From NCBI GenBank assembly GCA_947490345.1, contig CANLGL010000014.1, positions 29,208 through 93,207 of the forward strand: 64,000 bases of DNA, in the 5' to 3' direction. The translations under genes were made by a program, and so were the position numbers. Source of the stretch: Deltaproteobacteria bacterium (GTDB taxonomy: Bacteria > Myxococcota_A > UBA796 > SXON01). This document shows positions 9,318-17,330 of this stretch, piece after piece. The notes below the pieces were generated by a model that saw only the letters and a program-made list of their open reading frames with translations, was not told where the DNA came from and did not search any database. Within the stretch, counting starts at the first letter, position 1. The number at the start of each line of letters is the position of its first letter.

Positions 9318-10013
9318 GTGTCTATGGCTCCGACGATGCTCCGATGGACTGCCGCCGCCATCGGCCTCGGCCTCGTCGTCGGCGGCGCGTGGGCGTGTTG
9401 GGAAGTGGCCCTCAAGGGCGTCGAGGGGGCCAACGCGGCCCGGGTGACCATGGGCTTGTTTTTTTTGATCATCGGGATTCCCCTACTGGTCCTTCCCGCG
9501 CTCGTCGGTTCCGGGGTCATTGCCGATCCGGCCGGTCCTTGGATCAGCCCCCTCGCACGGTTGGCGGCGGAGCACGGGCAGCAGGTGCAGTCCGACCCCG
9601 CGTTGGGGGTGTGGTTCCAGATCATACACAGCGGACCCCGATTCACCGTGCTCATCGACGCGCGCGCCAACGTGTTGAGGCTGGACAGCCGAAGGGCGCT
9701 TCGGCACGGCGTCGTGGTCGTGCGCCGGGGCGAGCCCCTCGAAGGCGAGGCGGCGAGCTGGAACGAAGCGGCGCGTGGCGCTTCCTGGTCCATGTACGCC
9801 GAAGTCACGGCGGGCGCCGCGTCGCTGGCGCACAGCCGGGAGCTGGGCGGCGCCCTCGACAACTTCTTCGCCTTCCGCGGCGCTCGGCGGGTCGTGTTCG
9901 GAGCGGAAGGGCTCAGCCTCCAGTTTCGGCTTCCCTCCCCCGAGGCCACGCCGGCCGCGATTCGTTCCGCGCTCGAGGTCGCAAGGACGATCTGGCACGC
10001 CAGCGCGGGATAA
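9318..10013 (+). CDS. hypothetical membrane protein
   Basis: Two hydrophobic segments (AAAIGLGLVVGGAWACW and LFFLIIGIPLLVLPALVGSGVI) and coding-like composition. No recognised family. ATG 9324 is an alternative start. Confidence 0.55.
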   Translation: MSMAPTMLRWTAAAIGLGLVVGGAWACWEVALKGVEGANAARVTMGLFFLIIGIPLLVLPALVGSGVIADPAGPWISPLARLAAEHGQQVQSDPALGVWFQIIHSGPRFTVLIDARANVLRLDSRRALRHGVVVVRRGEPLEGEAASWNEAARGASWSMYAEVTAGAASLAHSRELGGALDNFFAFRGARRVVFGAEGLSLQFRLPSPEATPAAIRSALEVARTIWHASAG

Positions 10014-10024
10014 TCATCCAGGCC

Positions 10025-10957
10025 ATGGACCCGGTCTACCACCGCCTGCCCGTCGTCGATGCGGGCGGTATGGAGCTTCACCTCCCCATCGTGGACCTTG
10101 GATCGGGCCCGCCGCGGCTGTGCATTGTGGCCGGGATTCACGGCGACGAGCCCTCGCCGCTCTTGTTGGTCGACCGCATGGTGCTGGCGCTGCGGGAGCG
10201 AGAATTATCAGCCGGAATCCGGATCGTAGCGGCGGCAAATATTCCCGCATTACTTCAGCGCGCGCGATGGAGCAGTTGGGACGACGAGGACATGAACCGC
10301 ATCGGCGATGGCGACGGAGGTCCTGCGCTCACACGCCGCCTGGCGGCCGCGGTGGTCGCCGCGTGTGACGGCTGCGACGTCGTGGTGAACCTCCACAACT
10401 TTGTGATGCGCACCCCGCTTCTCGCCGTCTGGCCGCCGGGCCAGAGCGCGGGGCATGCGGAGCGACACGAGCTACTGCTTGCGGCCCTCGATCCGCACGT
10501 TGTCTGGGTTTTCGGGGACACGCCGGCGGATGAGCGCATCTTCGCGGGCAGCCTCGACGCGGCGCTGGAGCGGCGCGGCTGCCACGTCCTCGCCGTGGAA
10601 ATGTCTGATCTTCCCGAGATGGACGAACCGCTCCTGGCGCGTTCGGTGGCTGGGCTCCTGCGCGTCGCCGCCCAGGTGGGGTGCCTCGTCGATCAGGAGC
10701 GGGCGCCTCGCCGCAATCGGGTCTACGTGCATCGGCGATTGGTTCGTGCGCCAGGGGCAGGGATATTCGAGCCCATCGCCGCACTCGGCGGACAGGTCGT
10801 CGCCACGGACGTCGTGGGCGAGCTCATTCCGCTGGAGCGCCCGGGGCATCGGGTGCCGATCTTGGCGGGAGACTCAGGCTGGTTGATTCAGCGGCTCGCC
10901 CGCCGCTTCGTGCGTCCAGGGGACATGATCTTCACGGTGGGCCATCCCGCTAGATAG
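10025..10957 (+). CDS. succinylglutamate desuccinylase/aspartoacylase (AstE/AspA, M14-like) family protein, paralog 1 (metal motifs intact)
   Basis: ATG 10025 inside ORF 8828..10957. LCIVAGIHGDEPSP (H-x-x-E), DMNR, VVVNLHNF (second His), and the C-terminal beta domain GELIPLERPG...GDMIF. Confidence 0.8.
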   Translation: MDPVYHRLPVVDAGGMELHLPIVDLGSGPPRLCIVAGIHGDEPSPLLLVDRMVLALRERELSAGIRIVAAANIPALLQRARWSSWDDEDMNRIGDGDGGPALTRRLAAAVVAACDGCDVVVNLHNFVMRTPLLAVWPPGQSAGHAERHELLLAALDPHVVWVFGDTPADERIFAGSLDAALERRGCHVLAVEMSDLPEMDEPLLARSVAGLLRVAAQVGCLVDQERAPRRNRVYVHRRLVRAPGAGIFEPIAALGGQVVATDVVGELIPLERPGHRVPILAGDSGWLIQRLARRFVRPGDMIFTVGHPAR

Positions 10958-11123
10958 TGAAGTCGACTTCGACCACGCCGCGTTCCTCCCGGTCCTCGGT
11001 GACCTCGACGGCCTCCGGGCGCGGGGGCGGCGGGGCTGGAATATCGATGCGCAGCGGAACGCGGGCGTGGGCCGGCGCCTCGCGCTCGCGTTGGATTCGG
11101 TTGATGATGAACGCGTCAAGCAT
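10950..11123 (-). CDS. small hypothetical protein (57 aa), not in the ORF track
   Basis: My translation gives MLDAFIINRIQREREAPAHARVPLRIDIPAPPPPRPEAVEVTEDREERGVVEVDFTI*. ATG is the complement of 11121-11123 and is preceded by GAGG, which overlaps the DUF2520 TGA stop with a 7-nt spacer. Third codon positions are mostly G/C. It falls below the track's length cutoff. Confidence 0.5.
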   Translation of the reverse strand: MLDAFIINRIQREREAPAHARVPLRIDIPAPPPPRPEAVEVTEDREERGVVEVDFTI

Positions 11124-11131
11124 CTTGTGCC

Positions 11132-11920
11132 TCAGCTCGCATCGTCAGGCTCGGTCGACCCACTTCCAAACGGAGTATAGCCACCACTCTTGACACCGGC
11201 ATCGTCGAGTGCCTCGTGCGCACGCAGAAAAATGATTCGCGCGGTGCCCGCATCGTAGATGGGGAGCAAGGCCGGCGGCAGCGCCGAACGGTGGGCCCCG
11301 ATCGTGGCGGTGTCGCCGCGGGCGGCCGGCCCGGTCAGTCCCGCGGGTCCGGCACCCAAGACGCGTGCGAGGCTCGCCTGTGCCAGCGGCGCGATGGTTC
11401 GTCGAGCGTCCACAAGAGACATGCCGGTTGAACTGGAAAAAAGTCGCGCCGCATCCTCGACGAGCACCCCGAGGTGGCCCGACACGAGGCAGGCCGCCGC
11501 GTGGTAGCCGGCGCGGTCTGACACGCCGCCCACCGGGCTCCAACCGAGCGCGCCCGCCAGCTCGTTCGCCAGGGCCACCGCGACCGGAGCCCCGTCGATC
11601 GTACACGGGACGGTGGTTCCTTCCGGATGGGGAAAGGTCATCAGCGGGTGAAGCACGGCGCCCGGACGGCCGCCCAGCACCTCGGGGCCCAGGCTGCCGG
11701 CGCTGTGAAGGGCGATGGCCCCGGCTGGGAGCTTCGCCGCCGTCGATGCCACCGCGTCGTCAGGCACCGTCAGCCAGTAGGCATCGGCCTTGGGGAGGGC
11801 TTCGTCGTGATGTGAAAGTGTCACGCTCCGGCCAGCCGCACCGAGGCTCGCCGCCACCGCGTTGCCCAGGCGGCCGGCGCCGACGATGACCAGGCTGACG
11901 GGGCGATGCACGGCAATCAT
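11132..11920 (-). CDS. Rossmann-like / DUF2520 domain oxidoreductase-like protein
   Basis: ATG is the complement of 11918-11920. LVIVGAGRLGNAVAASL (Rossmann) and LTGPAARGDTATIGAHRSAL (DUF2520 signature as I remember it). The Arg-rich first 76 codons of ORF 11132..12148 were rejected. Confidence 0.75.
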   Translation of the reverse strand: MIAVHRPVSLVIVGAGRLGNAVAASLGAAGRSVTLSHHDEALPKADAYWLTVPDDAVASTAAKLPAGAIALHSAGSLGPEVLGGRPGAVLHPLMTFPHPEGTTVPCTIDGAPVAVALANELAGALGWSPVGGVSDRAGYHAAACLVSGHLGVLVEDAARLFSSSTGMSLVDARRTIAPLAQASLARVLGAGPAGLTGPAARGDTATIGAHRSALPPALLPIYDAGTARIIFLRAHEALDDAGVKSGGYTPFGSGSTEPDDAS

Positions 11921-11925
11921 GTAAC

Positions 11926-11953
11926 GGGAGAAGGGGCGTGTGCCCCTTCCCCC
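11926..11953. promoter_or_regulatory. GC-rich hairpin in the 56-nt divergent region between the DUF2520 and BC-like genes
   Basis: GGGAGAAGGGGC gtgt GCCCCTTCCCCC forms 11 pairs with one mismatch and a 4-nt loop. The right arm TG(T)GCCCCTTCCCC is nearly identical to the hairpin at 8768-8792. Confidence 0.35.
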
Positions 11954-11976
11954 CGTTTGTGGATAGACTTCGCGCC

Positions 11977-13272
11977 GTGAGCGATGTGCGGCCGATTCAG
12001 CGCGTCCTGGTCGCCGATCGCGGCGAGGTGGGCGTGCGCCTCTTGCGGGTGCTCGAAGCCAACGGACTGGAGGGGATCGCGGTCTTCTCCGACGCGGACG
12101 CCGACGCACCCTGGCTCGATTCTGCCGCGTATGCGGTGCGGATTCCACCCTCGCCCTCGGGCACCCTCGACCCCTACATGGACCCCGCGGGGATCGTCAG
12201 CGCCGCGCTCGACAGTGGGGCCGACGCCGTCCACCCCGGCCTGCACGGATTGGCGCGGAGCGCGGACTTCGCGCGCACGCTCCACAACGTGGGGCTCATG
12301 TGGCTCGGCCCCCGGCTGGACGACCTCACGTGGACGGTCGATCGGGTCCTGGCCCGCGCTCGCGCTCGCGAGGCCGGCCTGGAAATTTTGCCATCGAGTC
12401 CACTTCTATTCGATCCCGACGCGGTAGAAGCGTGGTGCGAGCGTTTCGGCTTTCCGATGGTCATTCGCCCCGGGCGGCGATTGGCGATGCGGAGTCGCGT
12501 GGTCCACGATCGCTCGTCGGCGCGTCGTGCCGTGGCGGAGGCTGCGGAGGTCGGGGTCTTTGCCGAGCGCGCGCTGCCGGAGGCCCGCCACGTCGCGGTC
12601 GTGGTCGTCGGGGATGGCTACGGCAACGCGGTGCACGTGGGCGAGCACGAACTCTCGCTGCTCGGTCCGGCGGGGGTACGACTGCGAGAGTGCCCGTCGG
12701 CCGGTGTGGACGGCGCGCTACGGGCGCGGATCGGCCAGGGGGCCGCAGACTTTTTGGCGGCGTCCCGGTACTTCGGGGTCGGCGCGGTCCACTTCCTGAT
12801 CGGGGGCGACGGCCTGGCCTGGTTCCTCGACGTGGAACCTGGACTCCCGGAGGGCTTCGCGTTGCACGACAAGGTGTACGGCGTCGATCTCGTGGGCGCG
12901 CAGGTGGCGCTCGCTTCTGGCGAGGAGCTGGGCTGGGATCAGGACGACATCGCCCCGGACGGCTGTGCCGCCGAAGTTGCGATCGCGCTGCGGCGTCGCG
13001 GCCGGGCGACGCGGCTCGAGTTCGCCGATCCGGCCTGCGTGGACACCGCCGTCAGCGTCGGTCAACGCGTGGATCCGGCGCGATACCCGATCCTTGCGCG
13101 GGTGAGGGTGTCGGCGCCCACCCGGAACGCGGCGTTGGTGCGTCTTCGGGCCAACTTGGAGGGGGCGGTGGTCGAGGGGGTGGAGACCGATCTGGCCGCT
13201 TGCGTCGAGCTCCTGGCGGACCTCGCGGTCTGGGAGGGACGGACGGCACGACGCATCACCGACCGGCGGTAG
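11977..13272 (+). CDS. biotin-carboxylase-like ATP-grasp protein, apparently catalytically degenerate
   Basis: VSDVRPIQRVLVADRGEVGVRLLR..HPGLHGLARS.. is collinear with biotin carboxylase N, ATP-grasp and C domains. It reads FPMVIRPGRRLAMRSRVV where the K-strand and glycine-rich loop are expected, and LDVEPGLPEGF where E-M-N-x-R-x-Q-V-E-H is expected. Start is GTG 11977 or 11986; 11938 lies inside the hairpin. Confidence 0.75.
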   Translation: MSDVRPIQRVLVADRGEVGVRLLRVLEANGLEGIAVFSDADADAPWLDSAAYAVRIPPSPSGTLDPYMDPAGIVSAALDSGADAVHPGLHGLARSADFARTLHNVGLMWLGPRLDDLTWTVDRVLARARAREAGLEILPSSPLLFDPDAVEAWCERFGFPMVIRPGRRLAMRSRVVHDRSSARRAVAEAAEVGVFAERALPEARHVAVVVVGDGYGNAVHVGEHELSLLGPAGVRLRECPSAGVDGALRARIGQGAADFLAASRYFGVGAVHFLIGGDGLAWFLDVEPGLPEGFALHDKVYGVDLVGAQVALASGEELGWDQDDIAPDGCAAEVAIALRRRGRATRLEFADPACVDTAVSVGQRVDPARYPILARVRVSAPTRNAALVRLRANLEGAVVEGVETDLAACVELLADLAVWEGRTARRITDRR

Positions 13273-13297
13273 CCGGTCGTGGTACCCTCGCGCGGTC

Positions 13298-14221
13298 GTG
13301 CCGCATTCGCTGGAAGTCCTGATCGAGATCGAGTTGCCGACAGGCGACGTGGTCGGGGTCCATCGCCGACGGTTTGCGGGCGGTGTCGGTCCGCATGTGG
13401 TGTTGGTTGCGGGCATTCGGGGGGACACGCCGGAGGGCACGCGGGTGCTGCACGCCGTCGGTCGGCACCTCGAGTCGGTGGCCGATCGGCTGACTGGGAC
13501 GGTCGACCTTTACCCCTGCCTCAATCCGCTCGCCGCACACCAAGGCGCGCGGAACTGGCCAGGCTTGGACGTCGACTTGAACCGACGTTTTCCCGGGCGC
13601 CACGACGGCCACGCCCCCGATCGTGTCGCCGCGCGGTTCATGGCTGAGGTCGAGGGTGCTGACCAGGTCATCGAGCTCCGTGGCGCCCACCCCGCCTTTC
13701 GGCTCGCGCCGCACGCGAGGGTGGGCAAGGACCAACTTGTCGCGGTGGAGCGCGCCAGCACCGCCAACGTCCGCGCCTTGTGGACCTCGTCCGCCTCGCC
13801 CGGTGCGGGCTCGCTGGAAGAGGCGATCCCGGGCCTCATCGGCCTGCTTGGTGGCGTCGGCAACCGGCTCACCGACGGTGTAGGACTTGAGCTGGCGGAC
13901 GGATTGCTCAACCTGCTGGCGGTCATGGGCGTGATTCCGGAAGAGGATCTGCCGTTTCATTGGGCGGCGGTGCAGCGCCCGGCGGTGGTGGACGATGAGC
14001 ACGTGGTCGATCTGCGTTCGATGCGAGGCGGTCTTTTCATCCCCGCGGTCGGCGCTTGGGCCGAGGTCGACGCCGGGGATGTGGTGGGTGAGGTCATCGA
14101 GCCCATCAGTGGCGAGGTGAGGGAGGAGCTCCGCGCGCCAGCCGCGGGGCGTGTCCTGGCTCTCCGCGAAGAGCCGGTGATCTACCCGGGCAACCTCGTC
14201 TGCCGCTTGGTGCTCGCATGA
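13298..14221 (+). CDS. AstE/AspA (M14-like) family protein, paralog 2 (both His ligands replaced)
   Basis: VLVAGIRGDTPEG (Arg in place of the first His), DLNRRFPG retained, VIELRGAHP (Arg in place of the second His), and the C-terminal beta domain GEVIEPISGE...GNLVCRLV. Confidence 0.75.
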   Translation: MPHSLEVLIEIELPTGDVVGVHRRRFAGGVGPHVVLVAGIRGDTPEGTRVLHAVGRHLESVADRLTGTVDLYPCLNPLAAHQGARNWPGLDVDLNRRFPGRHDGHAPDRVAARFMAEVEGADQVIELRGAHPAFRLAPHARVGKDQLVAVERASTANVRALWTSSASPGAGSLEEAIPGLIGLLGGVGNRLTDGVGLELADGLLNLLAVMGVIPEEDLPFHWAAVQRPAVVDDEHVVDLRSMRGGLFIPAVGAWAEVDAGDVVGEVIEPISGEVREELRAPAAGRVLALREEPVIYPGNLVCRLVLA

Positions 14222-15114
14222 CCGATCACCCGTTCTTTGAGCTCGAATCGCCTTACCGTGGGTGGTATCGCCTGCACCGACTCAGCTTCGGCAGCGGCGG
14301 GCCGGTCACGACGCTCGTTGCCGGCATCCACGGGAACGAGTGCAACGGCACCTACGCGTTGAACCTGCTGGCGGGCAGGCTGCGCTTGCAACCGCCGCGG
14401 GGAACGGTGCACCTCGTACCCTGTGTGAACCTGTTCGGCGCCGAGGAGGGTCGTAAGCGGTGGCCGTTCGACGATCGTGATATCAACGAGGTGTTTCCCG
14501 GCGATGCGGATGGCTCGCCGGTCGAGCGCGTCGCCGAGGCGGTGATGCGCGCTTCGGAGGGGCAGCTTTGTGTCGACCTGCAGACTGGTTCGGCGGTGGT
14601 GCACGAAGTTCCGCATGTTCGCGCGCCTTTGACGGGTCCGGTTCTGGCGTTGGGACAGGCGGCGGGTCTGCCGGTTTTGTGGCGGCGGCCGGCCGAGCAG
14701 TTCGACGACGGGCTCCTGGGCGCCTGGCGCGCAGCGGGGCGGACGGCACTGGTGCTCCGAGGCGGCCGCGGGGGCTCCCTGGACGTCGACGATGCCAAGA
14801 CGATGGCGCGGGCGTTGGTGCGGTTGCTGGCGCAGGCGGGTCACCTCCATGCTCCCGAGCCTGCGCCGCCGACCATCGTGACGGAAAAGATGCTTGATTA
14901 CCGCTGCGAGGTGGGCGGCTTCTTCGTTCCGGAGGTGCGACCAGGCGAGCCCGTCGTGGTGGGGCAGGTGCTCGGCACGTTGCGGGCTGCGATTGGCGGC
15001 GAGACCATCGAGAGTTTTCACGCCACGGCCGCGGGAGTCGTGCTGGCCGTTCGTGTGTACCCAGTGGTGCACGGGCGGGAGCTCGTGGTGCGGGTGGCGC
15101 AGTCAACGACCTGA
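14218..15114 (+). CDS. AstE/AspA (M14-like) family protein, paralog 3 (second His ligand replaced)
   Basis: ATGA overlap with paralog 2. LVAGIHGNECNG (H-x-x-E kept), DINEVFPGD (Arg to Glu), CVDLQTGS (Gln in place of His), and the C-terminal domain GQVLGTLRAAIGGE...HGRELVVRV. Confidence 0.75.
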   Translation: MTDHPFFELESPYRGWYRLHRLSFGSGGPVTTLVAGIHGNECNGTYALNLLAGRLRLQPPRGTVHLVPCVNLFGAEEGRKRWPFDDRDINEVFPGDADGSPVERVAEAVMRASEGQLCVDLQTGSAVVHEVPHVRAPLTGPVLALGQAAGLPVLWRRPAEQFDDGLLGAWRAAGRTALVLRGGRGGSLDVDDAKTMARALVRLLAQAGHLHAPEPAPPTIVTEKMLDYRCEVGGFFVPEVRPGEPVVVGQVLGTLRAAIGGETIESFHATAAGVVLAVRVYPVVHGRELVVRVAQSTT

Positions 15115-15174
15115 CAACTTGGGAACCGAGCTCGGCAACCGCGGGTCGGAGCTCTCAACGAGGAGTGCAGCACG

Positions 15175-17313
15175 ATGGCCGGCATATTGTGGTGGGTTTG
15201 GTCGGCGTGGGCGCTTGAGGCGACCGTCGAGGTCGGTGAGATCACGGTCGCGACCGACGCGGCCGACACGGTGGTCCAGGCGGAGGCGGCGCTCACGGGC
15301 GGGCGCTTCGTGGAGGCCGCGGGGCTGTACAAGGCGCTCGCGGAGGCGGGCGGCGGTGCGCAAGCGCGCCTGGCGGAGGCGGTCGCCTGCTACGAGCTTG
15401 GTGATCTGAACGCGGCGAAGCGGGCGATCGACGCCGCGGTTCGCCTGGCTCCGAAAGACGCGGCTGTGCTCAACGTCCAAGGTCTCCTTCTGGTGGACGG
15501 GGGGCAGGTGCTCGCCGGAATCGAAGCGCTCAAGGCATCGAAGGCGGTCGCGAAGAAGGCGGGACGCAAAGGCAGCGAGGCGAGGGCCGGCGTGAATCTC
15601 GCGCTCGCCTACGTCGACCTTGGCGATGCGGCCGCGGCGACGGCGGAGGGCAAGGCGGCGGCGAGTCTTGCGGAGGCGGACGGAGACGCCGCGCTGGTGG
15701 CAGCCGCGCGCGAAGTGGACGGGCTGGTCGCGGCGCTGGCTGGCACCGACTCTGGCGTGGGCACGCTCCTGGGCAAGGGGCAGACCAGCGCAGCTCGCGG
15801 GGCGGCGGAGGTCGCGGTGAGCGCGGCGCGGACGCCTCGCCAGGAGATCATGGCCGCTCTGGAGCTGGCCGCCGTCGAACGCGCCGAGGGTCGCTTGGAG
15901 GAGGCGGCCGCGCGCCTTGGCGGGGCCGCGAAACGTGCGCGGGAGCAGGGGCTCGTGCGGGAGCACGCAATTGGGCTCATCGACCTCGGCCTCGTCCAGT
16001 CCCTCGGCGGCCGCATCGCGGTGGCGGAGGACACGCTGCGCGCCGCCGCCCGCTCCGCGAACGCGGCTGGCTATCGGGTGGTCGAGGTGGACGCGCGTTG
16101 TGAGCTGGGGCTGGTGCTGGTCGCGGCCGAGGACCTCGCGGGAGCGCGTGCTGAGCAGGGCGCCGCGGGACTGCTCCTGGGTGGCATGCAATACGCGCAG
16201 GGGGTCGCGCGGCAGGCGGAGCTTGGCGGTGTGCTGGCCGGGCGTGGAGGTGATCTGGCCACGGCGAAGGCGGCACTCGGCAAGGCCGCGACCTACTACG
16301 CGGGGCGGGGGCGCAACCTGGATGCGGCGCGGGCGACAACCGCGCTGGCGGGCGCCTGGCAGCAGGCGGAGCCCGCCGGAGCGGGGACGCCCGCGTTGGC
16401 CGCAGAGGGGTACTTTCGTGCGGCGGGGGACAAGCTCGGCCCCGCACACGTGCTGTTGTCGCGGGCGCTCGGCGACGCGCGAGCGAAGCGCTTGCCGGAC
16501 GCGCTGGCTGGGTTTGCGAAGGCGGCGGCGGCCGCCGAAGCGGTCGGAGGCGGTCGGGCGACGGCCCTGGCTCGGGTGTCGCGACAGAATGCGGCCGCGG
16601 CCCTGGTCATGCTCGGCCATGACGCCGACCTTGCCAAGCTGGCCTCAGACGCAGGCCTGGGCGATCTCGTCAAGCGCGAGCAGCGGCTCAGCGGGGCGGC
16701 CGCCCGCTACGACGCTGGCCTGGGCGCGTACGGCGCCGGCCGCTTCGAAGAGGCCAAGGCAGCCTTCGCGGAGGCGCGTACGACTTTTGAGTCGCTGGGC
16801 GAAGTCGAGTACGCGCTCCGTGCGCGGCGCTCGGCCGCCTGGTCCGGCTACAACGTGCTCGTCACCGTTCCCGCCGCCAAGGCGCTGCCGAGCTGGCAGG
16901 CGCTTGTCGTGGAGACTGGCGCTGTGGAGGACCCGGAGTTGTACGCCCGGGCCTACGGCGCGTCGGTGATGGCGTCGGTGACTCAGAAGGTGCCCGACCT
17001 CGGCGCGCGGCTGACCGAATGCACCCGCGTGGCCGAGAAGGCCGGGCTTGGCGACGTCGGCGCGCGTTGCCAGGGGGCGCTTGCCGAGACCGCAGGGGCC
17101 GACTTGCGGGAGCGTGCGTCCCACGCGCGGGAGGCCCATCGCCTCGATCCCCGCGGCACCGCCGGGGTGTACGCGCTCTACGTCGTCGCGGTCGACGCCT
17201 ACAATGCCGACGAGGTGGCGCTCGCGACGGAGCTGGCCACCCTCGCGCGCCCGAACGCGGGCACGCTCGGGCCGGCGCTGGACGAGATGCTTCGGCTGAT
17301 GCGGAGCCAGTGA
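15175..17313 (+). CDS. Ala-rich tetratricopeptide (TPR-like) repeat protein with N-terminal signal/anchor
   Basis: MAGILWWVWSAWALEA start. Recurrent 34-aa-type helices (GRFVEAAGLYKALAE..., LGDLNAAKRAIDAAVRLAPKDAAVLNVQG...) run through 712 aa. Confidence 0.7.
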   Translation: MAGILWWVWSAWALEATVEVGEITVATDAADTVVQAEAALTGGRFVEAAGLYKALAEAGGGAQARLAEAVACYELGDLNAAKRAIDAAVRLAPKDAAVLNVQGLLLVDGGQVLAGIEALKASKAVAKKAGRKGSEARAGVNLALAYVDLGDAAAATAEGKAAASLAEADGDAALVAAAREVDGLVAALAGTDSGVGTLLGKGQTSAARGAAEVAVSAARTPRQEIMAALELAAVERAEGRLEEAAARLGGAAKRAREQGLVREHAIGLIDLGLVQSLGGRIAVAEDTLRAAARSANAAGYRVVEVDARCELGLVLVAAEDLAGARAEQGAAGLLLGGMQYAQGVARQAELGGVLAGRGGDLATAKAALGKAATYYAGRGRNLDAARATTALAGAWQQAEPAGAGTPALAAEGYFRAAGDKLGPAHVLLSRALGDARAKRLPDALAGFAKAAAAAEAVGGGRATALARVSRQNAAAALVMLGHDADLAKLASDAGLGDLVKREQRLSGAAARYDAGLGAYGAGRFEEAKAAFAEARTTFESLGEVEYALRARRSAAWSGYNVLVTVPAAKALPSWQALVVETGAVEDPELYARAYGASVMASVTQKVPDLGARLTECTRVAEKAGLGDVGARCQGALAETAGADLRERASHAREAHRLDPRGTAGVYALYVVAVDAYNADEVALATELATLARPNAGTLGPALDEMLRLMRSQ

Positions 17314-17330
17314 ACGAGGTAGGGAGAGCG

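Noticed and set aside
8828-10957. 709-aa ORF suggesting a much longer AstE-like protein
   Set aside because: The first ~400 codons are Arg/Pro/Gly-rich. They run antisense through rpmB and overlap the hypothetical gene at 9318..10013. Family similarity begins only at ATG 10025.
10874-11119. 81-aa - strand track ORF in the gap after AstE paralog 1
   Set aside because: It has Ser/Arg/Pro-rich junk composition and no RBS. A different frame of the same region gives the better-supported 57-codon ORF at 10950..11123.
15103-16620. 505-aa - strand ORF and several other >150-aa ORFs overlapping the TPR gene
   Set aside because: They are antisense or alternative frames of an Ala-rich (GCN-rich) gene, and their products are Arg/Pro/Gly-rich without motifs.
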